Source of the DNA: an uncultured delta proteobacterium | Lineage (GTDB): Bacteria; Myxococcota_A; Polyangia; Polyangiales; Polyangiaceae | Reading direction: 5' to 3' | Assembly: GCA_963806225.1 (NCBI GenBank) | Contig: CAWDXG010000001.1 | Coordinates: forward strand, 416,001 to 480,000 | Length of the DNA: 64,000 nucleotides | Shown: positions 1 to 10,152 of the stretch, piece after piece | Layout of the letters: every line of letters begins with the position of its first letter | Position numbering within the stretch: the first letter of the stretch is position 1 | Notes under the pieces: model-generated | Told to the model about the DNA's origin: nothing | What the model saw: the letters and a program-made list of their open reading frames with translations, nothing else | The model's database searches: none | Program-made: the position numbers and the translations under genes

Positions 1-60
1 GATGACCCACCACTTGCGGGCTGACAGGGCTTCGGCGGGCTTCGCCACGTAGGTTCGCAT
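1..60 (-). CDS. rplM: 50S ribosomal protein L13, 5' end only (runs off window)
   Basis: Reverse complement of 1-60 reads MRTYVAKPAEALSARKWWVI, matching the L13 N-terminus (MKT..AKP....RKW.V.DA); GAGGT RBS just upstream. Absent from the ORF track. Confidence 0.85.
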   Translation of the reverse strand, partial: MRTYVAKPAEALSARKWWVI

Positions 61-106
61 CACTGACCTCTGGAGCAGGCTGCAGGCCTGCCGGTGAAGG
101 GCGGCT

Positions 107-135
107 TTACTAGCTTTTGGGCCTCGCCACGTCAA
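107..135 (-). promoter_or_regulatory. Putative sigma70 promoter of rplM
   Basis: TTGACG (135-130), 17-nt spacer, TAGTAA (112-107) on the minus strand. Confidence 0.55.
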
Positions 136-304
136 GCAGGGTCGGCAGCCCCGGCCTTCTGGCCGGCTTCCGGGCTCCGCCGCTCCGCCGCGGGCGGCCG
201 GAGACGCGGCCAGAAAATCAACGATTACAGACGCTTTTCCGGGCAAGAGCAGGTGTACGCTGGACAGCGACACCTGCCGCCACGCCATACTGACGAGACC
301 GCGC

Positions 305-2254
305 ATGCATCCGACGGGCAACATCCGCATCGTCGAGAGGCTGGTCGCCGAAGGGCTGATCACGCCTGAGCAGCAGGAGGCTGCCTTGAACCAGGTGCAG
401 ATGCTGGGCGAACGCATCGAGGAAGCGTTGCTCGAGCTCAACGCACTCGACGAGGTGTCACTGCTCAAGTACCTCGCAGCGCTGCACAAGACGCGTTTCG
501 TCTCGACCGAGAAGCTGTCCAAGGCCGACATCGATCGCTTCACGTTGGATCGCGTTCCCAAGAAGCTGGCCGAGCGCGACACCGTTTTCCCGGTCCTGTT
601 CGACGCCGAAGCGGGCATCTTGAGCGTGGTGACGCCCGATCCCGACAACGCGCCGGCGCTGCACGAGGTGCAGCTCGCTTCCGGCGCCAAGGAGGTGCGC
701 GCGTTCGTGGGAAGGCCCCGCGCGGTGCGGGCGGCGATCGCCAAGGCCTACAACGGCGACATCCACGCGTTTGCTACGCTCGATCGCTCCGCGCACGAGC
801 AGTTCAGCACGATGCTCAACGTCTACGAGCGCAACCTCGTCAGCGAGGAGAGCATGGCGACCGCGCTCGCCAAGGAGGGGACGCGCCGCGAGCGGATGAT
901 CTCCTCGAGCGACCTCGAGACGGGGGCGAAGCGGGGCCCGGGTCGAACGGGTGCCCGGGGCGTGACGGGCGATGCCTATCTGGAGACGCTCAACGTGCTG
1001 GTCAGCTTGATCGAGAACGCCCGCCCGGACCTGCGCGGTCACTCGTCGCACGTGGCGCGGCTCATGCGCAAGGTGAGCGAGCGTATCGGGCTGTCCGAGG
1101 TGCAGAAGAGCTCGCTGATCATCGCCGGCTACATCCACGACCTGAGCAAGATGAGCGCGTACCACCTGACCACGCTCAACGTGTCGGAGTACGAGGGCCA
1201 CAAGGCGGCGGCGAAGAAGCTCTACCGCGCCCCCATCCGCCTGATGGAGGCGGTCGCGTTGCCGCGCGAGGCGACGGAAGCGGTCGAGGCCATGTACGAG
1301 CGCTTCGACGGGCAGGGCCTGCCGGGCGCGACCACCGGCAAGGACATCCCGCTCGGCGCCCGTCTGCTGGCGATCGCCGACACGTATGCCGACCTGACCC
1401 AGAACCCGCGCAACCCGTTCCGCAAGAAGCTCCGCCCGACGCAGGCGTGCGAGGTCCTTGCCCGCTACAAGGGAACCATCTTCGATCCGAACCTGGTCGA
1501 TCTGTTCAAGCACTCCGTGACGGGCGACGACCTCAAAGCGCGCCTGCTGGCGAACCGTCACCGCGCACTGATCATCGATCCGGATCCGGAGGAGACCACG
1601 GTGCTCGAGCTCAGGATGATCGAGCAGGGCTTCGAGGTACAGCAGGCGCGCAGCATGGACAAGGCGCTCAAGATCCTGCGGAAGGGCGACGTGGAAGTGG
1701 TGATCAGCGAGATCGACCTCGGCGACGAGGACGGACTCGGGCTCCTGGCGGAAGCGCGCAAGCAGCCGTGGGGCCAGAAGCTTCCCTGGATCGTCGTGAC
1801 CGGTCGCTCTGGCGGTGCCGAGGCGCAGAAAGCGTTCGAGCTGGGCGCGCAGGACTTCATGACGAAGCCGGTGAGCTCGGATCTGCTCGTCGCGAAGTTG
1901 AAGCAGATCATCGAGCGCGAGGCGGCGCAGCGCGGCCTGGGGGGCGTGTCCGGCTCGCTGTCGGAGATGAGCCTGCCGGACATGGTGCAGGTGCTGTGGC
2001 ACGGCAGGAAGACGGGCTCGCTGAAGATCCGCGCCGCGGGCGAAGCCGGTGAGATCCACTTCGTGACCGGCGCGATCTACAACGCGTTGTGGGCGAACCT
2101 CCGCGGCGAGGAAGCGTTCTACGCGATGCTCGCGCTTTCGGAAGGCGAGTTCGCGCTGGACCCGAACTTCACCGCGCCGCAGCAGGTGATCCAGGACAGT
2201 CCGGAAGCGCTGCTGCTCGAGGGCATGCGCCGGATCGACGAGCAGGTCCGCTGA
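305..2254 (+). CDS. Multidomain signalling protein: MshEN/T2SSE_N, degenerate HD-GYP, pseudo-receiver, DUF4388
   Basis: N-term RIVERLVAEGLITPEQQEAAL (MshEN-like); HSSHVA..HDLSK..MYERFDGQGLPG..IPLGARLLAIADTY (HD-GYP); REC fold with FMTKP; C-term SGSLSEMSLPDMVQVLWHGRKTGSL (DUF4388). Confidence 0.85.
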   Translation: MHPTGNIRIVERLVAEGLITPEQQEAALNQVQMLGERIEEALLELNALDEVSLLKYLAALHKTRFVSTEKLSKADIDRFTLDRVPKKLAERDTVFPVLFDAEAGILSVVTPDPDNAPALHEVQLASGAKEVRAFVGRPRAVRAAIAKAYNGDIHAFATLDRSAHEQFSTMLNVYERNLVSEESMATALAKEGTRRERMISSSDLETGAKRGPGRTGARGVTGDAYLETLNVLVSLIENARPDLRGHSSHVARLMRKVSERIGLSEVQKSSLIIAGYIHDLSKMSAYHLTTLNVSEYEGHKAAAKKLYRAPIRLMEAVALPREATEAVEAMYERFDGQGLPGATTGKDIPLGARLLAIADTYADLTQNPRNPFRKKLRPTQACEVLARYKGTIFDPNLVDLFKHSVTGDDLKARLLANRHRALIIDPDPEETTVLELRMIEQGFEVQQARSMDKALKILRKGDVEVVISEIDLGDEDGLGLLAEARKQPWGQKLPWIVVTGRSGGAEAQKAFELGAQDFMTKPVSSDLLVAKLKQIIEREAAQRGLGGVSGSLSEMSLPDMVQVLWHGRKTGSLKIRAAGEAGEIHFVTGAIYNALWANLRGEEAFYAMLALSEGEFALDPNFTAPQQVIQDSPEALLLEGMRRIDEQVR

Positions 2255-2380
2255 TGGCGCGCCCCGTCCCGGCCGTCGAGCCCGTCGCTGCGCAGGAAAT
2301 GCGCCGGGACGTGTGCTCGCTGACCCGACGTGGTACCCTTCGAAGTCCTACTGGGAATTCCTGGTCTGGAGCGCTTGGCC

Positions 2381-3151
2381 GTGCCTAGAACGCCGCCTCC
2401 CCTGCTCGGTTTCAACAACAACGTCCGGCATCAAGGGCGGATATTCCATATCCAGACCGAGGACTCGGGCGTGAAGTACCCCCGGCTCGTCACGCATCTG
2501 TTCGCCGACGGGGGGCGCATCCTCAAGACGACGCGCACCGACTACGCCGAGCACGTGGGCCGCGAGGACATGGCGGCCGTCGTACGCCGCATGATGAAGG
2601 AGCAGCACAAGGCGATGTTCATCGCCCTGCGCTCCGGCGAGTACGACGCGCTCATCGAGGAGGCGTGCGGCCCCACGCCGGAGGCGGCGAAAGCAGCGCC
2701 GCCGGCGTCCATGCCCGAGCCCACCAGTGTGCCCGCGCCGGAGCCGGCTGTGCCCCAGCCGGCGGAAGCGCAGGCCAAGCCGAGCAAGCCTCCCCAAAAG
2801 CCGTCGAAACCTCCGAAGAAGAAGCGCGCGCGCCAGCTGTCCAACCCCAATCTGCGACGCGTCACGCCCTCGGTGCCGCCTCCCGCGGTCGACTTCGACC
2901 TGGACGTGGCGTCCATGGACGCGCATCCGCCCAAGCCGCCTCCGCCCCCCAGAGGCACGCCGGCGCACGGCACCCCGCCGGTCGCGTCCGGTCCGGGCAA
3001 GTATGCGCCCTCGCGGCCGGCTGCGATCTTCAGCGAGCCGAATTCGCCGGAGAAGCAATCGATCTTCGGCGAGAGCGTGATCAGCGAAAAATCGCTGGAC
3101 GAGGTGATCCTCAGCTACCTGGCCGAGGATCTGGAAGGTCCGCCGGACTAG
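2381..3151 (+). CDS. Conserved hypothetical protein with Pro-rich linker
   Basis: Globular N-term GFNNNVRHQGRIFHIQTEDSG, Pro/Lys-rich middle, C-term EKSLDEVILSYLAEDL; start uncertain (GTG 2381 or 2330). Confidence 0.7.
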   Translation: MPRTPPPLLGFNNNVRHQGRIFHIQTEDSGVKYPRLVTHLFADGGRILKTTRTDYAEHVGREDMAAVVRRMMKEQHKAMFIALRSGEYDALIEEACGPTPEAAKAAPPASMPEPTSVPAPEPAVPQPAEAQAKPSKPPQKPSKPPKKKRARQLSNPNLRRVTPSVPPPAVDFDLDVASMDAHPPKPPPPPRGTPAHGTPPVASGPGKYAPSRPAAIFSEPNSPEKQSIFGESVISEKSLDEVILSYLAEDLEGPPD

Positions 3152-5033
3152 GCCCGAGGATGTCGTCGCTCGCTTCGCGTGCGGGCGGCCTGTCGGCACC
3201 CTTCGGCTTGGCGTTCCAGATGCGCAGGCTGAGGACGAAGCCGACGACGGAGAACGGGATCAGGAAGAGCGGCCAGTAGGTCCAGCTCTTCGTGGTCAAG
3301 AAGCCGAGGCTGACCGCTTGCACCGCGGTGCCGAGATAGACGAAGCCGTCGATCGCGCCCACGGCGGTGGCCGCGCCCTTGCGTCCGCCGAAGTCCATGG
3401 TGGCCGTGCCCGACAGGACGCCGTGACAGCCGATCACGCACACGCTGATGAGGAAGACGATCGCGCCCAGGAAGAATGGGCTCATCGGCAGCACCGGGCG
3501 CGCCGGAAGCAGCCGGTGGTCGCCGGCGCGCTGCACGGCCTCGGCGTCGTGCAGGGTCACGTCGATCGTCTTGCCGCCGCGCACTAGCGTCGCCGGAATG
3601 CCGCGCTTGCCGTCGACGCCGGCGCCCGGAGCGTGCTCTTCGATGCGGGCCGAGCACATGCAGGACTTCGCGTCCCAGCTCGAGTTCTTGCAGAGCGGTT
3701 CCCAGCAGGCGACGGCGTGGCGCACATCGGACCAGCTCTTGACGTGTTCGTGTCCGGCGATCGTTACGATCCGGTCGCCCTTCTGGAGGCCGCTGGCCGG
3801 CTTGGCGCTGGCCACCACGTTCGACGCCGGCGCGAGCACGAACGCCATCACGATGGTGCACACGATCATCACGGCGTAGAGCGCGGCGGCGACCGGTCCG
3901 CGCCGGCTCTGGAACACGAGGTCGGAGACCCAGCCCGCGACGTTGCCGCCGATCACACCGGCGATCATCAACAGGCCGCCCCAGCCGAACATGAAGAACG
4001 GAGCGAGGAAGGCCAGCGACGCGGCAATGATGAGGTACGCGCGGCGCGAGCCTCGGGTGCGGGTGGCGAGGAAGCCGGAGATCGCCGAGACGGCAAAGCA
4101 GACGACCGCGACCTCCCAGTGCTCGCGCGAGCCGTAGCGGAGCAGGTGGTCGCCCGGCAGCGCCCAGATCTCCTTCGCGTAGAATGGGAACCAGTGCATC
4201 ACACCGTTGCGCAGCACGCCCGTGCAGAACTCGATGAGCGCGATGGTTAGGATGATGGGGTTGGTGAGGATGCGCTTGAGCAGCTGGCCGGTGCGCTCGG
4301 GCGTCTCGCTGGTGTCGCCGGAGGAGGCGTCGCCCGTGTCGAAGTCCTCGAAGCCCGCCTGCCCGGGGCGATCGCGCAGGAGGAAGAACTCGATCGCGCA
4401 CATCGAGCCGAGCAGCATGGCGGGGATGGCGAAAATCACCCACTGGTTCGGATGGCCGGGGTTGATCGCGTTGACGCCGTCGAGCAGCCACGCATTGCCG
4501 GTGAACGCGAAGAAGATGCCGCTCGAGATCATCGTGCCGAAGATCCCCGAGAAGCCGCCGCGCTCGTTCACGTGGAACCAGTGCGCGTTGACCTTGACGA
4601 TGGAGACGGCGCCGAAGCTCTGGAAGTACATGTTCAGCGCGTACAGCAGGCTGAACACGAGCGTGAGCGGTGCGGCGCTCGAGTCGCCGGAGCGCAGGAT
4701 GTGGAACAGGTAGGCCGCCATGGCGAAGTTCATCGCCATCGCGCCGGCTGTGGAGCCGATCATCCCGCGGCGGCCGCCCAGCCTGTCGATGAGCGGGCCG
4801 TTCACCAGGAACGCGAACGCGTAGACGAAGGTGCCGACACCGAAGATGATGCCGAACTGCTCCTTGGTCATCAGGTCGCCGAGCGACGTCTTGGCGACCG
4901 TGAGGTTGTAGCGCCCCATGTACAGGAACGCGTAGCTGAGCCCCAACGGGAACCAGTTGAGGAAGCGGCGTCTCCTGAACGCGCTCGAATGTCTGAAGAG
5001 CGGTTCGGCCGGAGCGGCGACGATGGGGGCCAT
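3111..5033 (-). CDS. MFS transporter (GlpT/UhpC-like) with PDZ-like insertion
   Basis: YAFLYMGRYNL, NGPLIDRLGGRR (motif A), WFHVNERG, G.IDGFVYLG; ~115-aa soluble insert in the C-terminal half; start 5033 or 5057. Confidence 0.85.
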   Translation of the reverse strand: MAPIVAAPAEPLFRHSSAFRRRRFLNWFPLGLSYAFLYMGRYNLTVAKTSLGDLMTKEQFGIIFGVGTFVYAFAFLVNGPLIDRLGGRRGMIGSTAGAMAMNFAMAAYLFHILRSGDSSAAPLTLVFSLLYALNMYFQSFGAVSIVKVNAHWFHVNERGGFSGIFGTMISSGIFFAFTGNAWLLDGVNAINPGHPNQWVIFAIPAMLLGSMCAIEFFLLRDRPGQAGFEDFDTGDASSGDTSETPERTGQLLKRILTNPIILTIALIEFCTGVLRNGVMHWFPFYAKEIWALPGDHLLRYGSREHWEVAVVCFAVSAISGFLATRTRGSRRAYLIIAASLAFLAPFFMFGWGGLLMIAGVIGGNVAGWVSDLVFQSRRGPVAAALYAVMIVCTIVMAFVLAPASNVVASAKPASGLQKGDRIVTIAGHEHVKSWSDVRHAVACWEPLCKNSSWDAKSCMCSARIEEHAPGAGVDGKRGIPATLVRGGKTIDVTLHDAEAVQRAGDHRLLPARPVLPMSPFFLGAIVFLISVCVIGCHGVLSGTATMDFGGRKGAATAVGAIDGFVYLGTAVQAVSLGFLTTKSWTYWPLFLIPFSVVGFVLSLRIWNAKPKGADRPPAREASDDILGPSPADLPDPRPGS

Positions 5034-5286
5034 GGGGGAGCGGGCGGGAGGATACACATCCGCGCCACCGAGCGGGGCGCGATGACCCGCCGGGCGCCAG
5101 GTGTCACCGGAATGTCACCCGGCGGGACGGGGCCGGCGGGGCGGGGCAGCGCCGGCGGCGCAGCGGCCACGCGCCGGCCTTGGCCAGATGGCCGAAGCGC
5201 GCAAGCAGCCCAGCGCGAGCCAGCCGCGCCCCGGTCGGCCTTCCAGCTTGACTCCAGCCAGGAAAATGGGAACGGTCCCCCTCCTC

Positions 5287-5361
5287 GGCGAGGTAGCCAA
5301 GTGGTTAGGCAACGGTTTGCAAAACCGTCATACGCCGGTTCGAATCCGGTCCTCGCCTCCA
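5287..5361 (+). tRNA. tRNA-Cys (GCA), CCA encoded
   Basis: GGCGAGG/CCTCGCC acceptor stem, ACGGT-TTGCAAA-ACCGT anticodon arm, GGTTCGAATCC T-loop, discriminator U then CCA. Confidence 0.97.
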
Positions 5362-5652
5362 GGTAACAACGCGAAGCCGTTGGAGTTTCCAGAATCGACG
5401 ACGAGAGCGCGCTGAGAGTGTCGGCGCTCTGCTGTCTTTTCGCTTCCAGGATCGGTGGCGACCTGAAGGTCGGCGGCCGCGCGCGGGGCGGCTCTTCTGG
5501 TCGAGTCGATCACGAGCGCATTCGAGACGCCTTCGGCGGCTTGAAGGAGGACTACCCGGGCATGCGCGACCTGCTCCGTGACGGGCTCGAACGCTGCGTT
5601 GGGAGCGGATCACCTCGGCTGTCGACATGACGTGCTCAGGACTCCGGCAGAC

Positions 5653-5940
5653 CTACACGAAGATTTCCTCCGGGTTCACGTTGAACACGACCTCGCAGTC
5701 GCAGTAGCCCCCGAAGTGCCCCAGCGACTCGGCCAGCACGGCCGGATCGATCTCGTTCGCGGCTGCCCAGGCCCGGGTCGCTCGCAATGAGTGGTCGCAT
5801 CCGGCGTTCTCGACCTCGGCCTCCACGTAGTCGAGCAGTTCGTCGAGCTGGTCGGCGTCGAGCACCATGTGGCTTCGCGCTTCGGCTCGCTCGGTCTTCT
5901 TGTACGCCTGCTTGAGTCGCCTGCGCTCTGCATCGTTGGG
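5653..5940 (-). CDS. DUF2695-like protein; start codon unclear
   Basis: GCDHSLR..GGYCDCEVVFNV motif; the frame stays open upstream of Met 5868 as PNDAERRRLKQAYKK up to an in-frame TAG at 5941-5943. Confidence 0.7.
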   Translation of the reverse strand, partial: PNDAERRRLKQAYKKTERAEARSHMVLDADQLDELLDYVEAEVENAGCDHSLRATRAWAAANEIDPAVLAESLGHFGGYCDCEVVFNVNPEEIFV

Positions 5941-5989
5941 CTACAATACGCCCGGAGACGAAGTTCGAGGAGCTGCCGCCGCCTTCCGT

Positions 5990-6330
5990 GATGCCTGGGC
6001 GGTGATCCCAGGGTCGGAGATGAAGTGAACCGCTCCGACGATTCCGTCCACCGGTTCGGCTTCAGTCCGGAACCATCGAAGGAACCAATCACGCACGGGG
6101 GAAAGCGCATCGATCTCGACTGGCGGGCGCAATTCGATGCCGCAGTAGTCGCCACTGGCGAAGGGCTGGAAGACATCGGTCAGAAGCTCGCGCAGGCGTT
6201 GGTACACCCGTTCGTCGACATCTCCGGTTCGAAACGGCACGCCGCGTTCGAGCCAGCCCACAGCGCGGAGGCTGCCCACAGCGCCGAAGTAGTCGAGAGG
6301 TTCCAGATCCCTGTAGGCCGCCAAGATCGT
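5990..6330 (-). pseudogene. Probable chimeric gene fragments
   Basis: YRDLEPLDYFG..AVGWLERGVPFRTGDVDE..QPF looks like the N-terminus of a small conserved protein, abruptly followed by unrelated sequence; no clean start or end. Confidence 0.4.
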
Positions 6331-6479
6331 GCCCCGCCATCGACCTCGGTATCCGCAACCGGTGGGCGGAAGGCGAAGGATGGGCACGCTATACCCTTCC
6401 ACTGTGCGGTCCACGGGTTGGCTGGTGAATGAAGCGCGGATGACCCGCGCGTTCACCGTCCTTGTCATCGACGCCAGCG

Positions 6480-8159
6480 CTACCGGGCGCGCAGTGCGCT
6501 ACACGCAGTCGGGATCCCGCCGTCGCAAGCCCGCTTGAGCAGCTTCGCCCCATTCGCCTTGTCTTGCGCGACGCCGGTTCCCTGCTCGTAGCGAAGTCCG
6601 AGCACCAGACAGCTTCCCGCATTGCCGAGATCGCACGCGCGCCCGAGCAGCTCGATGCCCTTCGCGTTGTCCTTCGTCACGCCGTCACCGAGGAAGTAGA
6701 GCTTCGCTTCGTGATCGCACGCTGACGAGTCCTTCGCTTCGCACGCCATCGTGAACAGCTCGGCCGCGCGCCCTGCATCCTTCTTGACGCCGAGTCCGGC
6801 CTCGTACGCGGCACCGAGCGACACGCATCCGAATTTGCTCCCGGCCCTGCACCCGCGCTTCAGGAAGAACGCACCTCGCTCGACATCCTTCGCGACGCCG
6901 AGCCCCTGCTGGTAGATCAGGCCCAGCGTCGCGCACGAATCGCCGTCGCCTCCATCGCAACCCCGATCCACCAGTGGGACAATCTGTGTGGTGTCGCCCG
7001 CATGCTTCTTCATGAGGAAGGCCATCTGGGTCGTGCACGCCTTGGCCCAGCCGGCCGTACACGCCTTGTGCAGGAGCGTCATGGCGCGCTTCTCGTCCGG
7101 GGCGAGGCCAGTCCCCGCGATGAGCATTTCCCCGAGTCGTGAGCAGGCTGGCACGTCGTCCCCGGCGCATGCCTTGTCGTAGAGAGCGGCGGCCTTCGCG
7201 GGGTCCTTCCCGACGCCCTCTCCGCGCTCGCTCATCAGTCCGAGGCGCGTGCAGCTCGGAGCGTTGCCCTGCTGGCACTGTTTTTTGCAATCCCGCCCTT
7301 CGCCGTACGCGCAGAGATGCGGAACGGACGGCTTCGCGCGCGCACACTTGCCGGCCTCGAACACCGCGCCGGTCGGACAGTTGTTCTGCGTGGCGTACTC
7401 GACGAAGGGATCGTAGCCAAGCTGGACGGGCTTCGCGGACACGGCCTTCAATTCCAGCCGCACGGGAGACGCGCATTGCGGCGACGGCGACTTCGCGGAG
7501 GGATCGGAAGCGCGACAGCTGTCGGGGTCGCCGTCCTTGTCGACGATCTCCTTGTTCGATGTCGACGAGCCGCTGGCACCGAGCGACAGGATGTCGGCGG
7601 CGGCCTGGACCTTGCCGCTGGTGTTCTTGCGGGTGACGAACGCGCCGACCGTGGCCTCACGGACAAAATGCGTCGCGCCTGCGCAGTCACCGACGAGATC
7701 CGACTTGGCTACCACGGGAAGGCTCGCCACTTGCTCCCCCACGATGGCCATCGCCGCATCGAAAGCTGCCCCACGCTGCATGCCGCCGCCGAGCCGCCCG
7801 TGCGAGAAGGGCAGGTTCAGCTTCAGCTCGTCGGCATTCGCAAGATGAATGACCTGCTGCTTCAGCGTCGTGCCGATGAAGCCGTAGCTCCCGTCGACGT
7901 GGCAGTCACGGAGGATGCGCGCCTGCTTGCAGTCGTAGGACACCACCGCGATGCCCTGCTTCATCGCGACTCCGAGATCCGCGCGATCCTCTGGTCGCCA
8001 GTCGACCGCCAGTGGGCGGGCGAGGTTTGGAACGCCGGTACAGGCGACGGCTCCCGTGGCTTCCCCGTAGGTAGGGGCCTTCGGTCGTACGGCTTTGCCC
8101 GCAGAGCCCGGTCCGCATGCCGTGACCCCCAGGACGAAAAGAAGTGTCCAGCTCCTCAC
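6480..8159 (-). CDS. Sel1-like repeat lipoprotein
   Basis: Lipobox GVTAC; 6-7 Cys-containing Sel1 repeats (C..LG..Y..G.GV.KD...A..L..KAC); GTG 8159 preceded by TATAGT. Confidence 0.85.
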   Translation of the reverse strand: MRSWTLLFVLGVTACGPGSAGKAVRPKAPTYGEATGAVACTGVPNLARPLAVDWRPEDRADLGVAMKQGIAVVSYDCKQARILRDCHVDGSYGFIGTTLKQQVIHLANADELKLNLPFSHGRLGGGMQRGAAFDAAMAIVGEQVASLPVVAKSDLVGDCAGATHFVREATVGAFVTRKNTSGKVQAAADILSLGASGSSTSNKEIVDKDGDPDSCRASDPSAKSPSPQCASPVRLELKAVSAKPVQLGYDPFVEYATQNNCPTGAVFEAGKCARAKPSVPHLCAYGEGRDCKKQCQQGNAPSCTRLGLMSERGEGVGKDPAKAAALYDKACAGDDVPACSRLGEMLIAGTGLAPDEKRAMTLLHKACTAGWAKACTTQMAFLMKKHAGDTTQIVPLVDRGCDGGDGDSCATLGLIYQQGLGVAKDVERGAFFLKRGCRAGSKFGCVSLGAAYEAGLGVKKDAGRAAELFTMACEAKDSSACDHEAKLYFLGDGVTKDNAKGIELLGRACDLGNAGSCLVLGLRYEQGTGVAQDKANGAKLLKRACDGGIPTACSALRAR

Positions 8160-8213
8160 GGGCAAGGGACTATAGTCGGCGTTGGCGCTTGATACCATCC
8201 AGGAAAAAGCTTC

Positions 8214-8642
8214 CTACAGGCACACCCACATCAGCAGCTGCTTGCCCTCGTTCCGCGCGCGCTCTGCCAGCCCGCACAAGGCGTCGAGCAGCATGCGGAC
8301 CTCGGACCGCTTCCAGCCGTCCAGCTTGAACTCCTCGATCTCGGCCCAGCTCTCCGCGGCGCGCTTCCGCTCGTGGCCGTGAAGATCCGCCAGAGCCTCC
8401 ACTAGATCAGCCGGAACGGCGAACACCCACGGTCCCTCCCGCTCGTCTTCCTGGGCCAGCACGGCAAAGTCGCGCACGCTGGCGGCATCCCACACGCTCT
8501 CGGAAAGGATAGCGCGCAGCAGATCGAGCTTCACGACATCGACGCCTTTCGCATCGATGCCCGGGAACGCCTCGCTCGGGACGCTGGCTCGAAGGACCGC
8601 CTCTGCGCCGTCGGCGATCACGATGTCGGTGAGGACGCCCAT
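8214..8642 (-). CDS. Conserved hypothetical protein (142 aa)
   Basis: Protein-like C-terminal part of ORF 8214..9236 from MGVLTDIVIAD; AAGGAG RBS upstream. Confidence 0.7.
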   Translation of the reverse strand: MGVLTDIVIADGAEAVLRASVPSEAFPGIDAKGVDVVKLDLLRAILSESVWDAASVRDFAVLAQEDEREGPWVFAVPADLVEALADLHGHERKRAAESWAEIEEFKLDGWKRSEVRMLLDALCGLAERARNEGKQLLMWVCL

Positions 8643-9039
8643 CTTCTGCTCCTTCGCTTCGGCTCGCGTTCCGGAAAGTGTTGGTCGGTCATGGCTCGGA
8701 AAGATGCCAATGTCCGTCGATGAGCCGACAGTACGACAGCTGCCATCAGGTACAGCGCTCGGCCGAGATGCCCGTGGGCCACACGTCATGATGGCTCCGG
8801 TCGTCGAGCGACGGCAACCAGGCTCTCGCTCGTGACAACTCGGAAACCTTGCGCGTCGCACCCCTCGGAAATGACGCATCGCAATCAGGATCGCCAGGCA
8901 GGCTGCGGATGAAGTGCTGCGGTAGGGCATGGGGGTGCAACTGTGTGCATAGTCAATTGTTCGATCGTGTCGGCTTGCCCTTCGGCAACGGAGTGGAAGT
9001 GATAGAATCCGGGGTGGCTGCTGCGACAAGGGGTACGGG

Positions 9040-10152
9040 ATGACACGCGCGCGCAGGTTCCACTGGGTTGGGTTGTTGGCGTTGGTGCTCGAGGCTCTGG
9101 CTTCGGGAGGCTGCGGCGGGATGTCGAGTCTGGGGGCCGGTGGCAGCTCGGGTTCGGGTACGGGCGGCAGCTCCGGTGCGGGCATCGGTGGTAGCTCTGG
9201 TGCGGGCATCGGTGGCAGCGCAGGCGCGGTGGGCACCGGCGGGGCGGGCGGGAGTCACAGCGATGGCGGCTGCGGCGCGAGCAACGTCCCGCGACAGCTG
9301 GTCACGCTCACGCCAGACTTCGCAGAGGAGATCGCCGTCGACGCCAACCATATCTACTGGGGGAAAACGAGCAACGTGAGCGGCGACAGCGTAGTGAAGC
9401 TTGCTCTCGATGGCGGCACACCGGTCACGCTCGCCTCGACGCAGCGCGGTCCAGGCGGCATCGCCGTCGACGCGAACAGCGTCTATTGGACTTCCCTCTA
9501 CTACCAGGACTGCGGCGTGATGAAGGTTGGCCTTGGCGGCGGCACACCAGTCACACTCGCGTCGGTGCCTGATATCTCGAGACCCGTCGTCATCGACGCG
9601 AACAGCGTCTACTGGATGAGCTACGGGTACGACACCGCCGACGTGATGAAGGTCGGCCTCGACGGCGGCTCGCCGGTCACCCTCGCGTCGGTGCAGGGCT
9701 TGCCGACGGACTTCGTCGTCGATGCGAATAGTCTCTACTGGACGGACGAGGTTGCCGGCACCGTGATGAAGGTTGCTATCGACGGCGGAGCGCCGGTCAC
9801 CCTCGCGTCGGGCCAGCAGCCGGCCATGGGCGGCAACCATCCGAGCCTCGCCGTGGACGCGGACAGCATCTACTGGACGAACGAGGTTGCCGGCACCGTG
9901 ATGAAGCTTGCGCTCGACGGTGGGACGCCGGTCGCGCTGGCACAGGCCTACGAGCCACTCAGCATCGCCATCGACGCGAACTTCGTCTACTGGACGGAGA
10001 ACCAAGGCAACGTGATGAAGGTCTGTCGGGACGGAGGGACGCCGATCACGCTCGCGTCGAAGCAGACCGTGCCTCACGACATCGTCGTCGACAAGAACAG
10101 CGTCTACTGGACGACCTGGGGCGGCGGCGTGATGAAGCTCACGCCCAAGTGA
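9040..10152 (+). CDS. Lipoprotein with YWT-repeat beta-propeller (DUF5050/LDL-receptor-like)
   Basis: Signal peptide plus Cys, Gly/Ser linker, about 7 repeats of IAVDANSVYWT..VMKV.LDGG.PVTLAS. Confidence 0.85.
   Translation: MTRARRFHWVGLLALVLEALASGGCGGMSSLGAGGSSGSGTGGSSGAGIGGSSGAGIGGSAGAVGTGGAGGSHSDGGCGASNVPRQLVTLTPDFAEEIAVDANHIYWGKTSNVSGDSVVKLALDGGTPVTLASTQRGPGGIAVDANSVYWTSLYYQDCGVMKVGLGGGTPVTLASVPDISRPVVIDANSVYWMSYGYDTADVMKVGLDGGSPVTLASVQGLPTDFVVDANSLYWTDEVAGTVMKVAIDGGAPVTLASGQQPAMGGNHPSLAVDADSIYWTNEVAGTVMKLALDGGTPVALAQAYEPLSIAIDANFVYWTENQGNVMKVCRDGGTPITLASKQTVPHDIVVDKNSVYWTTWGGGVMKLTPK

Noticed and set aside
5590..5950. Integron attC sites (GTTGGGA, GCCCAAC)
   Set aside because: Isolated 7-mers with no paired R''/R' boxes or extended hairpin that I could find, and no integrase
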